The notes below the pieces were generated by a model. That model made no database searches and was not told the origin of the DNA. It saw only the letters and a list, made by a program, of their open reading frames with translations. Positions 1 through 13,600 of a DNA stretch of 62,972 bases are shown here, piece after piece. The position numbers and the translations under genes are program-made. Where the stretch lies: positions 1 through 62,972 of the forward strand of contig JAWAZZ010000003.1 in the NCBI GenBank assembly GCA_038997305.1, read 5' to 3'. Numbering within the stretch: position 1 is the first letter of the stretch; each line of letters starts with the position of its first letter. The stretch is from Candidatus Aenigmatarchaeota archaeon. Its GTDB lineage: Archaea; Aenigmatarchaeota; Aenigmatarchaeia; CG10238-14; SpSt-28.

Positions 1-1650
1 GAAAAAACTTTTGTTGCTGATAGTGATAAAATAAATGTTTATGTTAAGTATAGAATTGGGAATGAAAGCTTTGAAGAAAGTAAAAGTTTTGAACTGAAGC
101 AAAGATTTTTAGATTTTAACTTAAGTTTTTCAAACAATAAGCTTTTAATTTTTGGTTTTTCTGAATGCTATAAGATTTTAAACTTAGAAATTTATAAAGA
201 TAGTTTGCTTTTGGAAAATAGAAGTTTTGAAGCTAATAATTCTTTTAGCTTGGAGTATGAAATAAATTCTAGCGGAAAATATGTTGTTTCTATTAATGGC
301 ATTTCCAAAGCTTTAGATATTAATTTAGAGCAAAATGTTTCTAAAAATGAAAGCTATTTGGTTTTGTATTTAAATAAGAATAATTTTACTTCTAACGAAA
401 CCATTCAGATTTTTGGCGAAGTTGTTTTTAATGGATTAAGAATTAATGATAGTATTAGCTTGAATGTTTTGTTTAATGATAGCTTAGTTTATAATTTTTC
501 TGTTAATGCTTTTAATGGAAGTTTTTCATATTCTTTCAGTTCTAACTTTTCTTCTGAAGGATTTTATGTTTTAAAAGCAATTTATAAAAATTTGGAAAAC
601 TTTACGACATTTTATTTTAAATCTTCTTCTTTTGAAAATATTATTAATAAAAGTTTTGAGAACATTACATCTAACCTTACCTCAGAAGAAATAACTTTTA
701 GCTTAAAAAGCTTGAAAAAACATTATAAAATTGGAGAGAAGGCTGTTTTTGAAATAGATTCTAAAGGTAAATTACCTAAAAAATTGTTTGCATATCTTAT
801 TGATCCAGAAGGAAAACAAATTAATGTAACAGATAAAATAGTTTATAGAGATGGAAAATATTTTGTTGAGTTAGATACTGGCAGAAGTTTTAGGCCTGGA
901 ATGTATAAATTAAAAGTTGTTGGTGTTGGAGATAAAGGTAAAGGAAAGGGAGCTTTTGGAGTTTTAGGAAGTGAAGAAATTAGTCAAGAAACTGAATTTG
1001 CTTTAGGTTTAGTGGTAGTTAATACTCCAAAATCAATTTATTTGCCTGGGGAAAATGTAACAATAATTGTTGGTGTTTTAGATATTTATGGAGGAAGAGT
1101 TACAGATGCAGATGTTAATCTTACTATAACAACACCATCTAAAAAGATTATCTCTGCCACTTATAATTATGCAACAAACTCTGGTGAAATAATTAATAAA
1201 GGTGATGGAACGTATGAATATTATTTTATACCTACTGAAATAGGTAGATATAATATTTCGGTATATGCGAGAAGTACTTCATCATTTGTGAATGCTACTT
1301 TTGAATCATTTTTTGAAGTAAGAAATTTTGTAGAATTTGATATAGAAAGGATTGGCCCAACAGTTTCTTATCTACATGGAGGAGAAATGTCAATTAGAAT
1401 AATCCCAAAAATAGATGCAGGAACACTAATAATTAGTGAATATTTACCAAAAGATTGGAATGTATCTACTGATAATGGAATTGTTTTGGAAAAAGAAGAT
1501 TCAAAAATAATAGTTTGGCATGTTAAATCTGAAAAGGATAAGCCAATTATACTTAACTATACTTTTGATCCACCAGACATTTCTCCTATGTTAGGTTTAT
1601 TAGGTCCTTTAGAAATAAAGTTTAAAGGTAATGAATTTAGAGAATTAAAA
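1..1650 (+). other. N-terminal (partial) run of Ig/MG/Big-like beta-sandwich modules of the giant protein
   Basis: Segments have the alternating beta-strand pattern of macroglobulin/Big-type domains. Examples are HYKIGEKAVFEIDSKG...GMYKLKVV and PKSIYLPGENVTIIVGVLDIYGGRVTDADVNLTITTP...GTYEYYFIPTEIGRYNISVYA. Called by eye only. Confidence 0.45.
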
Positions 1651-4600
1651 GAATGGAGTGTTGCTGTAGATACAGTATATTGGTTTTATGTTGAATGGTA
1701 TATAAGAGAGAGATATAGTGGAAAAGCCATAGATGAATTAACTCTATGTAGAGGGATGGATTATAACTTCACAATATTATTACTTGAATTAGCTTTTGAC
1801 ACAGATCTTTTAGATACAGCAACTTATAATGGAAAACTTCAAATTTTACCAGAAGGCGCAGCTTCTTATGTTGATTTACCAGCTTATGGTTGGGATTACT
1901 TTGATGGTTTAGGAAATGTTAGAGGAGTTCCTGGTAATGATATAGCCAATGCGTTGGGATGTGCTAATGGTGTCGATGATAACTGTTATTTTCATACGAG
2001 GGGGATAAGAATTTCCCCAACTGCCCAATTAGGAAGGTATAAATTAAAGTATACGATTTCTGGTTTGTCAGGATATTTTCAAGAAGGTACAAACATAATT
2101 AATGTTAGAGTAATAGATTGTAAAGATGTTAATTTAATTAGAAGAATAAAAGTCTATGGACCTTCTGGAAAATGGGGCTATGTAATAAGAGGTCATTTAG
2201 CAACTATTGCAGTTCCTTTAGCCAATTATAATGCCACAACAGCTATTTCAGGCAATGTATCAGTAAAAATTCTTGACGATAAAGGCAATGAGTTGAATTG
2301 GTTCTTCTGGGATAATAAAACCAAGAATTTTGTAATTCCACCTTCACCAAATGCACCCTATTCATATTCTGAAACTATTTTAACGTTTAGATTTGAAGTT
2401 CCAGACAATGCTATAGACATACCATACGCTGCAGAAGTTGAAATTAGAACAAACAGTACTATTAATTCGTATATAAGTTACTATGAACCTTTTGAGTTAC
2501 AATTATCAGATGATAATAGTAAATTTCCTGTGATAATATTTACTTCTCCACCCAGAGCTGGAACAGCGGATTCAGCAGCATCAGAAATTTATAGGTTTGC
2601 TGTTTGTAATTATGGAGATTATAATATTACAGGTGCAACAATAAACGTTTATCCTGTTGTTAAAGGTACGACTTCGCCAAGCGTTATAGAATCTATCAAT
2701 TTACCTTCTCCAACAACAATAACAGCTGAAACAATTACATGGACAAATGTAAATATCTCGACTTCAAACTGTTCTATCGCAGCTCTTAGAGTTGTTGGTC
2801 CTGAGGATGCCGGAATAGAAGGAGCTTATGTAATTGAAGTAATTTACTATGACCAAAATATTGGAAGCACTATATCTTTATCTAAGTATGATTCAACTTC
2901 CATAGCAGGAGGAAGTGCAACCAGTGATACTTCTGGGTCTCCAAATTTTAGATTTAATATAACTTATTTGCCATCTAGCGCTTCTATAGCAGTAAACTAT
3001 ATGCTACACGATACAGGAGATAGTGTTGGAAATGTTTATAGACTCTTGTTACAAATACCTCCAGGATTTAATTTAACTTATCTCAGTAGAGCTCCAGATA
3101 TCGGATATCCTATTGGTTCTATATACGAGGGTTATATTATTAGTTGGACTACTACAATCTCAACTACCTCTGGCGATACTGTTACAACAATTCCTGTTTC
3201 AGATATGAGATTTACTACTGGAATTATAGGTGATTTTACTCCTGGTGGTAAAGTCTTTTATCAACATTTAGTAGGTCATGGTGGTGCTAGATTAGCTAAA
3301 TGGTATACTTATCAAGAAACGCCTTTAATTCTCTTAGGTCCATGGCTTAAAACTGTAAGATATTATAACACAACTCCTATCGATGACCAAATAGGTTTTC
3401 CAACATTTTTTGCATGTGGTAATTTTACAACAAAATTACAAGTTTTCAATAAAGGTAATGTACCTGCTTATAACTTTAACATAACAGAAATAAAAGAAAA
3501 TATTATTAAAACACATCCAGGAGATTTGCAGTTTTATGGTTTTGTTCCTAATCCGAGCTATTATATTCAATCTCAATTAATAAATTGGGATAGTACTATT
3601 AGCTTTTTAGCTACAGGAAAAGATAATGCAAAAAACTTTACTTATTCTATTTTTGTTCCTTATCAAACTAATGGAACATTTAAGTTTTATGCAAGACCGA
3701 CAAATAGAACTTTAACTTTTTACGATGAAGATTATATAATTTCTGTAGCTTGTGGCGCAAGTTTAAGTGTAAGTGATTTAACAACTAAAAAAGGAGAAAT
3801 AACAAATCCAACAATATATGCTGGAGATATATTTAACATATCAGCAACAATTTATAACGATGGTCCTGGAAATGCAAGTAATGTTATAGTTGAAATAAAT
3901 TATACTAATACAACTCCAATAAAAGGTTTAGAAAACTTAGTAATTAGAAATATAACTTATCATATAAGCAATATAACATATCTAGGAACTATAGGTCCAA
4001 AACAATCAAAAATTGCACACATAGATTATACTTATATTGTTAATACTAGCAATGTAGGTCCAGGAACTATAAGATTCTGTATAATTGCAAACGCGACAGA
4101 AAATTCAACAAAAGTTTATAATTGTAAAGATGTAACATTAAACGCACCACCAGCATTAATTGAATTAGAAAATCCAATAATAATTTCTGAAGAAACCAAA
4201 ACTTCTAGCGGCTCTTGGGGTTTTGACTTTATATTTAATATAAGTGTTAGGGTTAGAAACTCGGATAATAATGTAAATGTTTGTGCATATTTTAGCAAAA
4301 CTGGAAGCGAACCATGGAAATTAATTGGTTGTAATGTTTATCCTGCACCAGGTACAAACATTGGAAATTGGATGAACTTTTCATTTAGATTTGATCCAAG
4401 TTGCGAAGATATCGGAAATCCAGTATTTGTTAAATTCAATGCAACAAATAATGCAGGAACTACTAATTCTACTCAAAACATTCCGTTTACAATAACTAAA
4501 GATAGAATAATATTCGAAAACATAATTGGCAATTCAACAGAAACAAGAAGAGGAAAAATACCAACATTATTGGCTTTAAGAGTTAGAGATGCTAACGGAA

Positions 4601-7600
4601 CTTTAATACCTAACTTACCAATAACATTTTACGTAACTTTAGATGGAAATGTTTACGATCAAGGTTATACAGTTTATACTAATTCTTCTGGATATGCAAA
4701 CTATAATTTCTTAGCATCATGTTCTCCAAAATATCAAGTTGGATATCAAAAATGGAAAGCAGTTTTAACAAACAATCAATGCTATGCAGATAATTCAACT
4801 GAAAATTATTATAACTTATCTGTTTTAGTTACTGGAGATATCTTATTGACATTAGTTAGACCAGATGGCTCTTCTAATTATACTCAAGAAGATACTATAA
4901 CATTCTTAGGTTATACTAACGATGATTGTGGAGATGCATTAACAGCAAATGTTAAATTCTATGCAAATCAAAGTTTAACAAGCTTTGAATGTTCAAACGT
5001 AATTCAAGTAGGTAGTAATGCATATACTTGTGATTGGCATACAGATATTACAACTCCTATGGGTTGGTATAATGTAACAATGGTTGCTTCTAGAGATTAT
5101 CACTATACAAACATAACAGCTAATGCAAAATATCCAGGATTATTCTATTTAAAACCAATCTATAAATTAGAAAATCCACAAGCATATCCTTTGCAAGAAG
5201 GTTGGGGTTATAAAAATTGGAATTTCACTGTTATTGCATCTAGTGGAGATAGTGTAAATGCATATGATGTTAATATTTATTTAGGAGATCTTTGGCCACC
5301 AGCAAAGCCTTGTGATAATTGTGTGAATGCAACTCCAAAAACATGTTTTAATTGCTATAAGCAAGTTGTTACCTTTTTAAGAAACTTCACAGCAAACGAA
5401 ATAGGAACTTGGTACTATAGATTTTCCTTAGGTCCAACTAGTACTACCCAAGTTACTTATGTCATTGTTGAAAAAGATGATGTTAACATTTCATATGTTT
5501 CTGGAAATAACTCTGTTGTTATTAAAGATACTCAACCTGCATTACTTTCGGTAAGAGTTTATGATTTAGATGCTCAAACATATAATTTAAATCCACCTGC
5601 ATTAGTAACTTTCAAAATATATGATAGCAGGTATCCAAATGGATATAAAATCATTGGAAGCAATTATACTAATTCTTCTGGATATGCAAACTTTTTGCTA
5701 AACATTACAGATTGTAGTTGGCTTGAAGGAACTCAAAAATGGAGTGCTGAAATAGATGATAGCGATAATGCATACAAAAAAGCTTATACTCCAGAAAATT
5801 ATACTATTACTCTTTATCTTCCAGGATGTCAACCACAAGTAGATATTTATTCTATCGATTTGCCAAAAGAAGCATTCCAATACAGAAACTTTACCATAAT
5901 AACTTATGTAACTTCTTGGGTTAGTGCAGCTAATGATGTTTACATTAACATAAGCTTACCAAATGGTTGGCTAGTAGACCAACAAACAAAATATTTAGGA
6001 ACTGTTAATGTTGGAGAGTTTAGAGAAGTTTATTGGAATATTTATCCAACAAGCTATGGAGAAGGATATGTTACTTTTTATGTAAATTCTAGCAACGCAG
6101 GAAGTAAAGTTAAAAGTAGTGATAAAGTTATAGTTTATAAGTTTGGCAATTCTCAACAAAACTCATTATTAACTCTTAATCCAAAAGATTCAAAGATATT
6201 GAATTTTGATTGCGAAGCAGGAATTTATAGATTAGCAAACCTTACTATTAACATTTCTAACGGAAATTCAATAATAAAAATTGAAAGCTTTAATGGATCT
6301 AACTGGATTATTGTTAGCAATAATCTATTTGTTAATACAAACAAATATTTCATTCCTATATTAACAAAGCAAATTTCTTCAGATTCTAATGGCAAATGTA
6401 AAATAAGAATTACAAATATCGGAAACTATTCAATAACTATTAATGAAGCATATCTTACTAGCTATTATAACGAGAGTTTGAGAATAGAAGGAATAAAAGT
6501 TTTAGTAAACAATGTTGAAGTTGAAAGTTTAGATAGTAGCGAAAGATATTTTAATGTTTCTGTGAGAATCGGAAATTCTTTAGATTACGATAAACAAGTT
6601 AATTTAACTTTAAAAATATTAAAGGATTCTACAGAAATTTATTCTAATAATAAAAGCTTTTTAATAAGTGCTAATTCTTTTGCATACATTAACTTTACAA
6701 ACATATCAACAAATTCTTGGAATGAAGGAATTTATAAAATAGTTGCGATATTACAATCTAGCGATTATAGCGAAACTCTTACAAGAGAAATTGTTTTTGA
6801 TAGCATTAAGATAGATGTCGATTATTCAAAATATCAATGTAATTCAACAACAGAAAAAATTAAAGTAACAATATATCAGCCATTAGAGGATATAATATTT
6901 TATAATGTTTCGTTGATTGTTCCATCTGGTTGGAATTACTTACCAAATAATGTAGCAATAACTTCTAAAGGTAAAGGTTATTATGTTGCAGAGTTTAACT
7001 TAACAGCATTTTCTGATATAGAGCAAAACTATCAAATAACTATAAAAGTTGACTATAACTATTCTACAGGAAAAACAAAAACTCAAAATATTATTTTAAC
7101 TGTTTCTCCAAACATTCCAATATTAGAAGTAATCAGGGAAATTCCATCTTTAGTATCTTCTTCTATAGTTTTTAAGCCAAGAATAACAATTCATAATAAA
7201 GGTTGTGGAGTTGCGAATAATGTAATAGTTAAGGAATATTTATCTGCAGGCTGGATTGGAGCTAATCCAAGTATTGCAAAGAATGAATATTCCGAAGATC
7301 CAGAAATCTCAAATAAAGACGTTGATCTAATTTATTCAGAAACAGATTTAATAAATAACATATTAACATGGAAACTTTCTGAAATTAAACCAAATCAATA
7401 TGCTGTATTAACTTATCAAATAAAGGCACCAGCAACATTAAATACTGAAGGAAACTTTTTGTATAACGTTTCTTGGAATGATAAATATTTTGTTCAAGAA
7501 AAAAATCCAACAAAAGTTTATACATATGCATATTCTCAAGAATCTCATTTAGAATTTGACTTAGAATCTTTACAAGATCCGAACTATCCTTGGTCAGAAG

Positions 7601-10600
7601 TTAGAAGTTTACAAGTTAATGTCCCATACAATTTAACATTAAAAGTTACAAATATAGGGGATATTCCAACATACTCAGATTGGATTGTTAAGCTATATAT
7701 TCCAAACGATTGCGATGTTATAAATGTTGAAAACGGAATATGGAATGTAAGTGAAAGAAAAATAGTTTGGAATTTGCAAAACATTGCAACTTATCAAACT
7801 GCATATCTAAACTTTACATTAAAATGTTATAAAGAAAAACAATTCGTATTAATTGCAGAAGGAATTAGAGATACTAGAACTCAAATAACTTTTGAAAATT
7901 CTACATCAATATATTGCGAATCTTCTTCAAAACCTGCTTATTGTTATTATAAATCTAACTTCATGTTAACTAAACCAAATAATGCAAGATATGAAAAGCT
8001 TAGCAATTTAACTCTAAAGATTTATAATGTATTTAGTGCAAATAATTTAACTGTTGGAAATTCATACGTTAAAGTTTTTGACGATTCATCTAATGAATAC
8101 ATAATTTGGCAAGACTTCTCATTCAATAATAAAGAATCAAACATAACTCAACAATTCTTAATTCCTGAAGAAATTCAAAACAATTTTGTTAATAGTTTAA
8201 AGACTTTTGAAATTAGTTCATACACAGATGCAACAAAAAACACATACACAAAAATATCAATACTTAATATTTCATACACATGGAATTTAGGAAGATTATT
8301 TAACGAAAGTCAGAATCTATTTATTAAATCTAAAGTTTATACGTATGCGCCACTATTAGCTAATGCAACTCTTTACATTAATGGAAGTAATAAAACAGTT
8401 GGTGGTTGGGGTGAAAAGTTTGAATTTAGTGTAAAAGTAAGAGATAGATTTGGAAGAGATGTTATTGTTAGACTTTATCATAGAAAAGTTGGAGATGTAT
8501 GGCAATTAGTAGGAGAACAAACCTGCTATTCTTGTTATAATTGGAAAGAATTTAACTTTACATACGATTACGATTATACTGATATTTCTAATTGGGAATT
8601 TAAGTTTGTTGGAATTAATTCAGATGGAACTAGCGAATTATATGGATATGTTTATACAGTTGAAAAAGATGATCTACAACTAACTCCAATATTGCCACAA
8701 TGGAATTCAAGCGTTTATAGAGCATATGGTTATAACTTTACGGTTTATGCTTTTGATATAGATAATCAAACGATTCCATATGTTTTAGAAGATAATAAGC
8801 CTTTCATAGCTTTAAGTCAATATGGAAATAATCAAACATACAAAATATACACAATTTCACCTGCGATAAATTCTTCTGGCTATATAATTTTGTATGTAAG
8901 TAATGCAGAGTTTTGTAATCCTTCAAACAATTTCTATTTAGGACAAAACTATTGGTATGCTGGAATTACTGCATCTAGCTATTATAAAGATACAAATACC
9001 AGAATTCCGCCATATAATGCATTACCATATGTTTTAATAGGAAGTTTGTACAATTCAATAATTTATCCTATAAATGTTAATTTTAGCTTTGAATTAGATA
9101 CAATAACATTAAGAGGTATTGTTAAAGATGATTGTGGAAATGTAAGAGCTGATGATGATATGTATGTTTACTTTAATTTAACTAATGGAAACTTCAATTA
9201 TCAATGCATTGCTACAAGAGTTGGCAATGAATTTCAATGTACTTTCAATCCAAGAGCATTGAATGCACCATTAGGTTGGTATAATATTACAATGTATTCT
9301 TCAAAACCATTGCATACAGAAGGAATTTCTATTGCAAGAAATGCATTCTTCTTAGCAATAATCCCAGATATAATAAATATATCGATTAAACCATTTGGAG
9401 GTCCTTGGGGATTAAGTCCATTTAACTTTTCTGCATACATTATAGATGAAGATAAAAACTTAGTAAACATTACTCATTATCTAAGAAAGTTGCCAGAAAA
9501 CTATCAAACAGCTTATTTAGATAGTTGTATAAATTGTAATTATTACTTAACTTCATTCTTAAGAAACTTTACTTGCGATTATTTAACAATAGATGTAGGT
9601 AATTGGACTTATAAAATAGAAGTAAAAGATGAAGCAGGCTTTTCAAATCAAAGTCAAGAAATAACTTTCGAAATACAGAAAGAACCTATAACAATAAACT
9701 TGCTAGAAGGTAACAATACTTTATTCAATAGAACAAATGTTCCGAATTCTAAACCTTATAATTTATCTGTTTATATTTTAGACACAATATTAAACAAAAA
9801 TGTTACGATAATACCAATTGTTAATTTAAGATTAGAAGGTCCTACAAACAGTTTAACATCAATGCAAATTGATGAAGCAAATAGTAAGTATTACTATGAA
9901 TTTTATCCAGATTGCTCATATAATGTTGGAGAATATAAATGGTATGTATATGTAACTAATGATCAATGTTATGCAAATGCAAGAAGCCAAAACTTTACTT
10001 TAAAAGTTTTTGGACAATTATATGTAAATATTATTTCTCCAACAGATTGGCAAATGGTATCAGAAGGTCAGCAAGTAAGTATTAGAGCAACTGTTTCAGA
10101 TGATTGTAATGTAGCTCAAAGCGATGCAAATGTTTATTTCATTTTAAGAAATGAAAGAACTTTGCAAGAATTTAGATGTCCAGAAAGCGGATATGCAACA
10201 TTCGATGGAACTTCATATGTTTGTAACTTTAATACTATTAGCAAACCAGGAGGTAATTATACTATAATTGCATATGCTTCTAAGAATTATTATTGGAATT
10301 CCTCTTCAATAAAACAAAATGCATTCTTCTTAGTAACTCCTGTAAGAATCTTAAATGTTTACATGAATTATGAGCAAGATGGAGGTTGGGGAGAAATCCA
10401 TAGCTTTACAGCAACAATAGATCATTATGCAGATGTTATTGTTTGTTTGTTAGAAAAACCTTTGGATGCAACTAACTATCAAATAACAGAATGTAAATAT
10501 TTAAGCAATCCTTCTGGAGGTAAAAATATTACGTTTAGTAAAAGATATACATGCAGCGATTATGTAAGAAGCCAATTCTGGAATTTTAAGATTAATGCAA

Positions 10601-13600
10601 GTGAACCAGGAATTCCTTCATCTTATAGCGAAAGTGCAGAATATTCTCATTTGCTACAGAAAAATGATTTGCAACTAACAATTTTCTACAATGATACAGA
10701 AGCAAAGAGATATGGAAACTCTAGAGCAAGATTAATAATATATGCATATGATTTAGATCAGAAACAAGCAGCATATGTTTCTACTTATTCGTCGCCATTA
10801 ATTAAATTCAGAGTTTATAATGGAAGTTATTTTGTCGATGTTGGTTCAAATAGTACAAATTCTTCTGGATATTCAACATTCTTCTTTAAGCCAGATTGTA
10901 GCTTTAACGTTGGACCAAAAGAATGGTATGCATACACAGAAGCAGATGCGTGTTATAAAAATGTAATATCTAACAGAGATAACATTACTATTGTCGGATT
11001 ATTAAATCCAAGATTAGTTTATCCAATAAACGAACAATTTATTAGATATGCAGAGTTATACATTAATCTTTCTTCTATAGTTAATGATGAGTGTAATTTA
11101 GTTAGCTTTAATAATGCAAACGTAACTTTCAAAGCTAAGAGTGTTGCTTTTGGTAGTGAATATATATGTAGCGAAGTTAATTATGCAAACGGATATTATA
11201 ATTGCACATTAAATGCAACTTCAATAGAAGAAGGATGGTATGATGTAAATGTTAGTGCTTCAAACGTTAAATATTACGACGATTACTATTACATTCAAAA
11301 TAATTCTTTCAAAATAATTCATCAGTTAGTTCCTCCAGTATTAAGTGGAGAGTATGCTTATGCAGAAAAAGATGGAGGTTTTGGAGAAAGATGGTACTTT
11401 AGAGTAAATGTTAGTGATTTAAATGGAGATGATGTTAATGTTTATCTTTGGGTTTCAAAAGATGGAATTAATTGGCAATTAGTTAATCAAACGATTTGTT
11501 ATAATTGTGGAAAAGAAAGAACAATAGAACTTTCTTATAAAGGTTTTGATTGCTCTTGGATAGGAACTGCATACTTTAAGTTTAATGCAAGCGATGCATA
11601 TAATTCAACAGATAGACCAGCATTTACATTTAATTTAGCGAAAGATGATGTAAGAATAGAATATTATAGTGGAAACGAAAGTTATTTAATAAGAGGAATT
11701 GGAGGAATATTACAAGCAAGGATTTTTGACATAGATAAAGGAGACTATGTAGATTCTCAAGTTGCTTTATATGTAACTAACGATAAAGTTAATTATCAGC
11801 TTGTTGCTATAAATAATTCTCAAAACTCAATCGCAACTCTATTCTTTAATCCAGATTGTAATTTCGCTACAGGACAACAATACTGGAAAATTGGAAGTTA
11901 TAATGATGCTTGTTATAAAGATGCAAATTCTAGCGAATTCGTTCTATATGTAGTTGGACACATAGATGCAAACATAACATATCCTAATGGAAATAAATTC
12001 TTAAGAGGTTCAAACATAACTTTAAACATTTCAGTTTTTGACGAATGTTCACAAAACGTTAAACTAGAAAATGCAAAAATAAACATAACAATGAGAAGTA
12101 ATAGAGATGGAAGCATAAGATATTGTTATGATGTTATAGAATTGGGTAATGGAGAATATAGTTGCACATTTAATTCTTCAGGATTTACTCCAAACTATTA
12201 TAATATAACGTTAAACATTTCAAGATCGTATTACTTAGATAAAACAAAGAGCTTTGCAAACGTATTTTGGATAGAAACAAATCCAATATTATTCAATCTA
12301 AGAACAATTCCATCTGTTCTAGGTTGGGGAGAAACTTTAACTGTAAAGTTTAATTTTACTGATGAAGATTTAGACACTCATACTGTTAGAGTATACTTAA
12401 TAAAGACTGATTATAGCAGAATAAGAACTAGAGATGTTACAGGAGTTACAGGAATTAATACAGAATATTCTGCTACTTTTGCATTTTCACAACAAGACAT
12501 AGGAAGTTGGTATGTAATAGCTAATGTTAGCGATGATTTCGGAAAAGCAGAAGTTAGTACTAATATAACTATAGAAAAAGATGATACGAGAATAGATTAT
12601 GTTTCTGGTAATGGAACAGTTGTTAATAGAATTTCAAATAGTACTACATTAGTTTTAAGAGCAATAGATGTTGATAATCCCTCAAATGTTATAGTAAATC
12701 AATTAGCAAAGTTCTGGGTTACAAGAGATTCAAGCGATTATATAGAAATAGGTAGTGTATATACTCAAAGCGATGGAACATTATCTATAACATTTGATCC
12801 AGATTGTAGATTTAGTGTAGGAATTAAGAAGTGGAAAGGAGGTTTACTAGAAAACCTATATTGGAAAGCTTCCAATTCTAGTGATTATTATCTAACTATA
12901 GTTTCGAATCTTACTGGAAATATATTACAGCCAAACGGAAATGTTATACTAAGAGGTACTGATGGTATAACTATAAGAGCTACAGTTAGCGATGATTGTG
13001 GATATGTAAGCGATGCTAATGTAGAGTTTATAGTAGGTACTACAAATATTAATGTTACTTGTGATAATGTAATAAAAGATGGTTTAGGAAATTATACATG
13101 TTATTTAAGTCCTGATATACTACTAGCTTTACCGTTTGGTTGGCAAAATGTAACAATGATTGCAAAAAGAGAATTCTATGAAAATGAATTTGTATTAACA
13201 AAACAAAATGCTTTCTATTTAGCAGATAAACCAAGATTGGAGGAACTTAATTTATATTCTACTAATTATAGATGGGGCTCGACATTTACATTCTCTGCTA
13301 AATTATATGATTTAGACGAAGACAATAAAACTGTATATCTATGGATAAGTAAAGATAAAATCAATTGGAAATTAATAAACTATACAACAATCATAGGAAG
13401 AACAAGTCCTCAAGGAGATTTAATTACTTTTGTATATATACCAACATGTAATGATGTTGGAAGTTGGTACTTTAAGTTTAATGTTACCGATACTAGTGGC
13501 TATTCTGATGAAAAAGAAGGATGGCAATTTGATATACTAAAAAGACCTGCAACTATAATAGCGGTAAGTGGATTAAATGAGATTATACCTAGAGAAGGTT

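Noticed and set aside
205-207. TTG at 205 as the start codon of the giant ORF (as in the supplied ORF track)
   Set aside because: The same frame is open from nt 1 with no stop, and the translation upstream of 205 (…NESFEESKSFELKQRFLDFNLSFSNNKLLIFGFSECYKILNLEIYKDS) has the same character as downstream. There is no promoter-like gap. The gene simply runs off the window.
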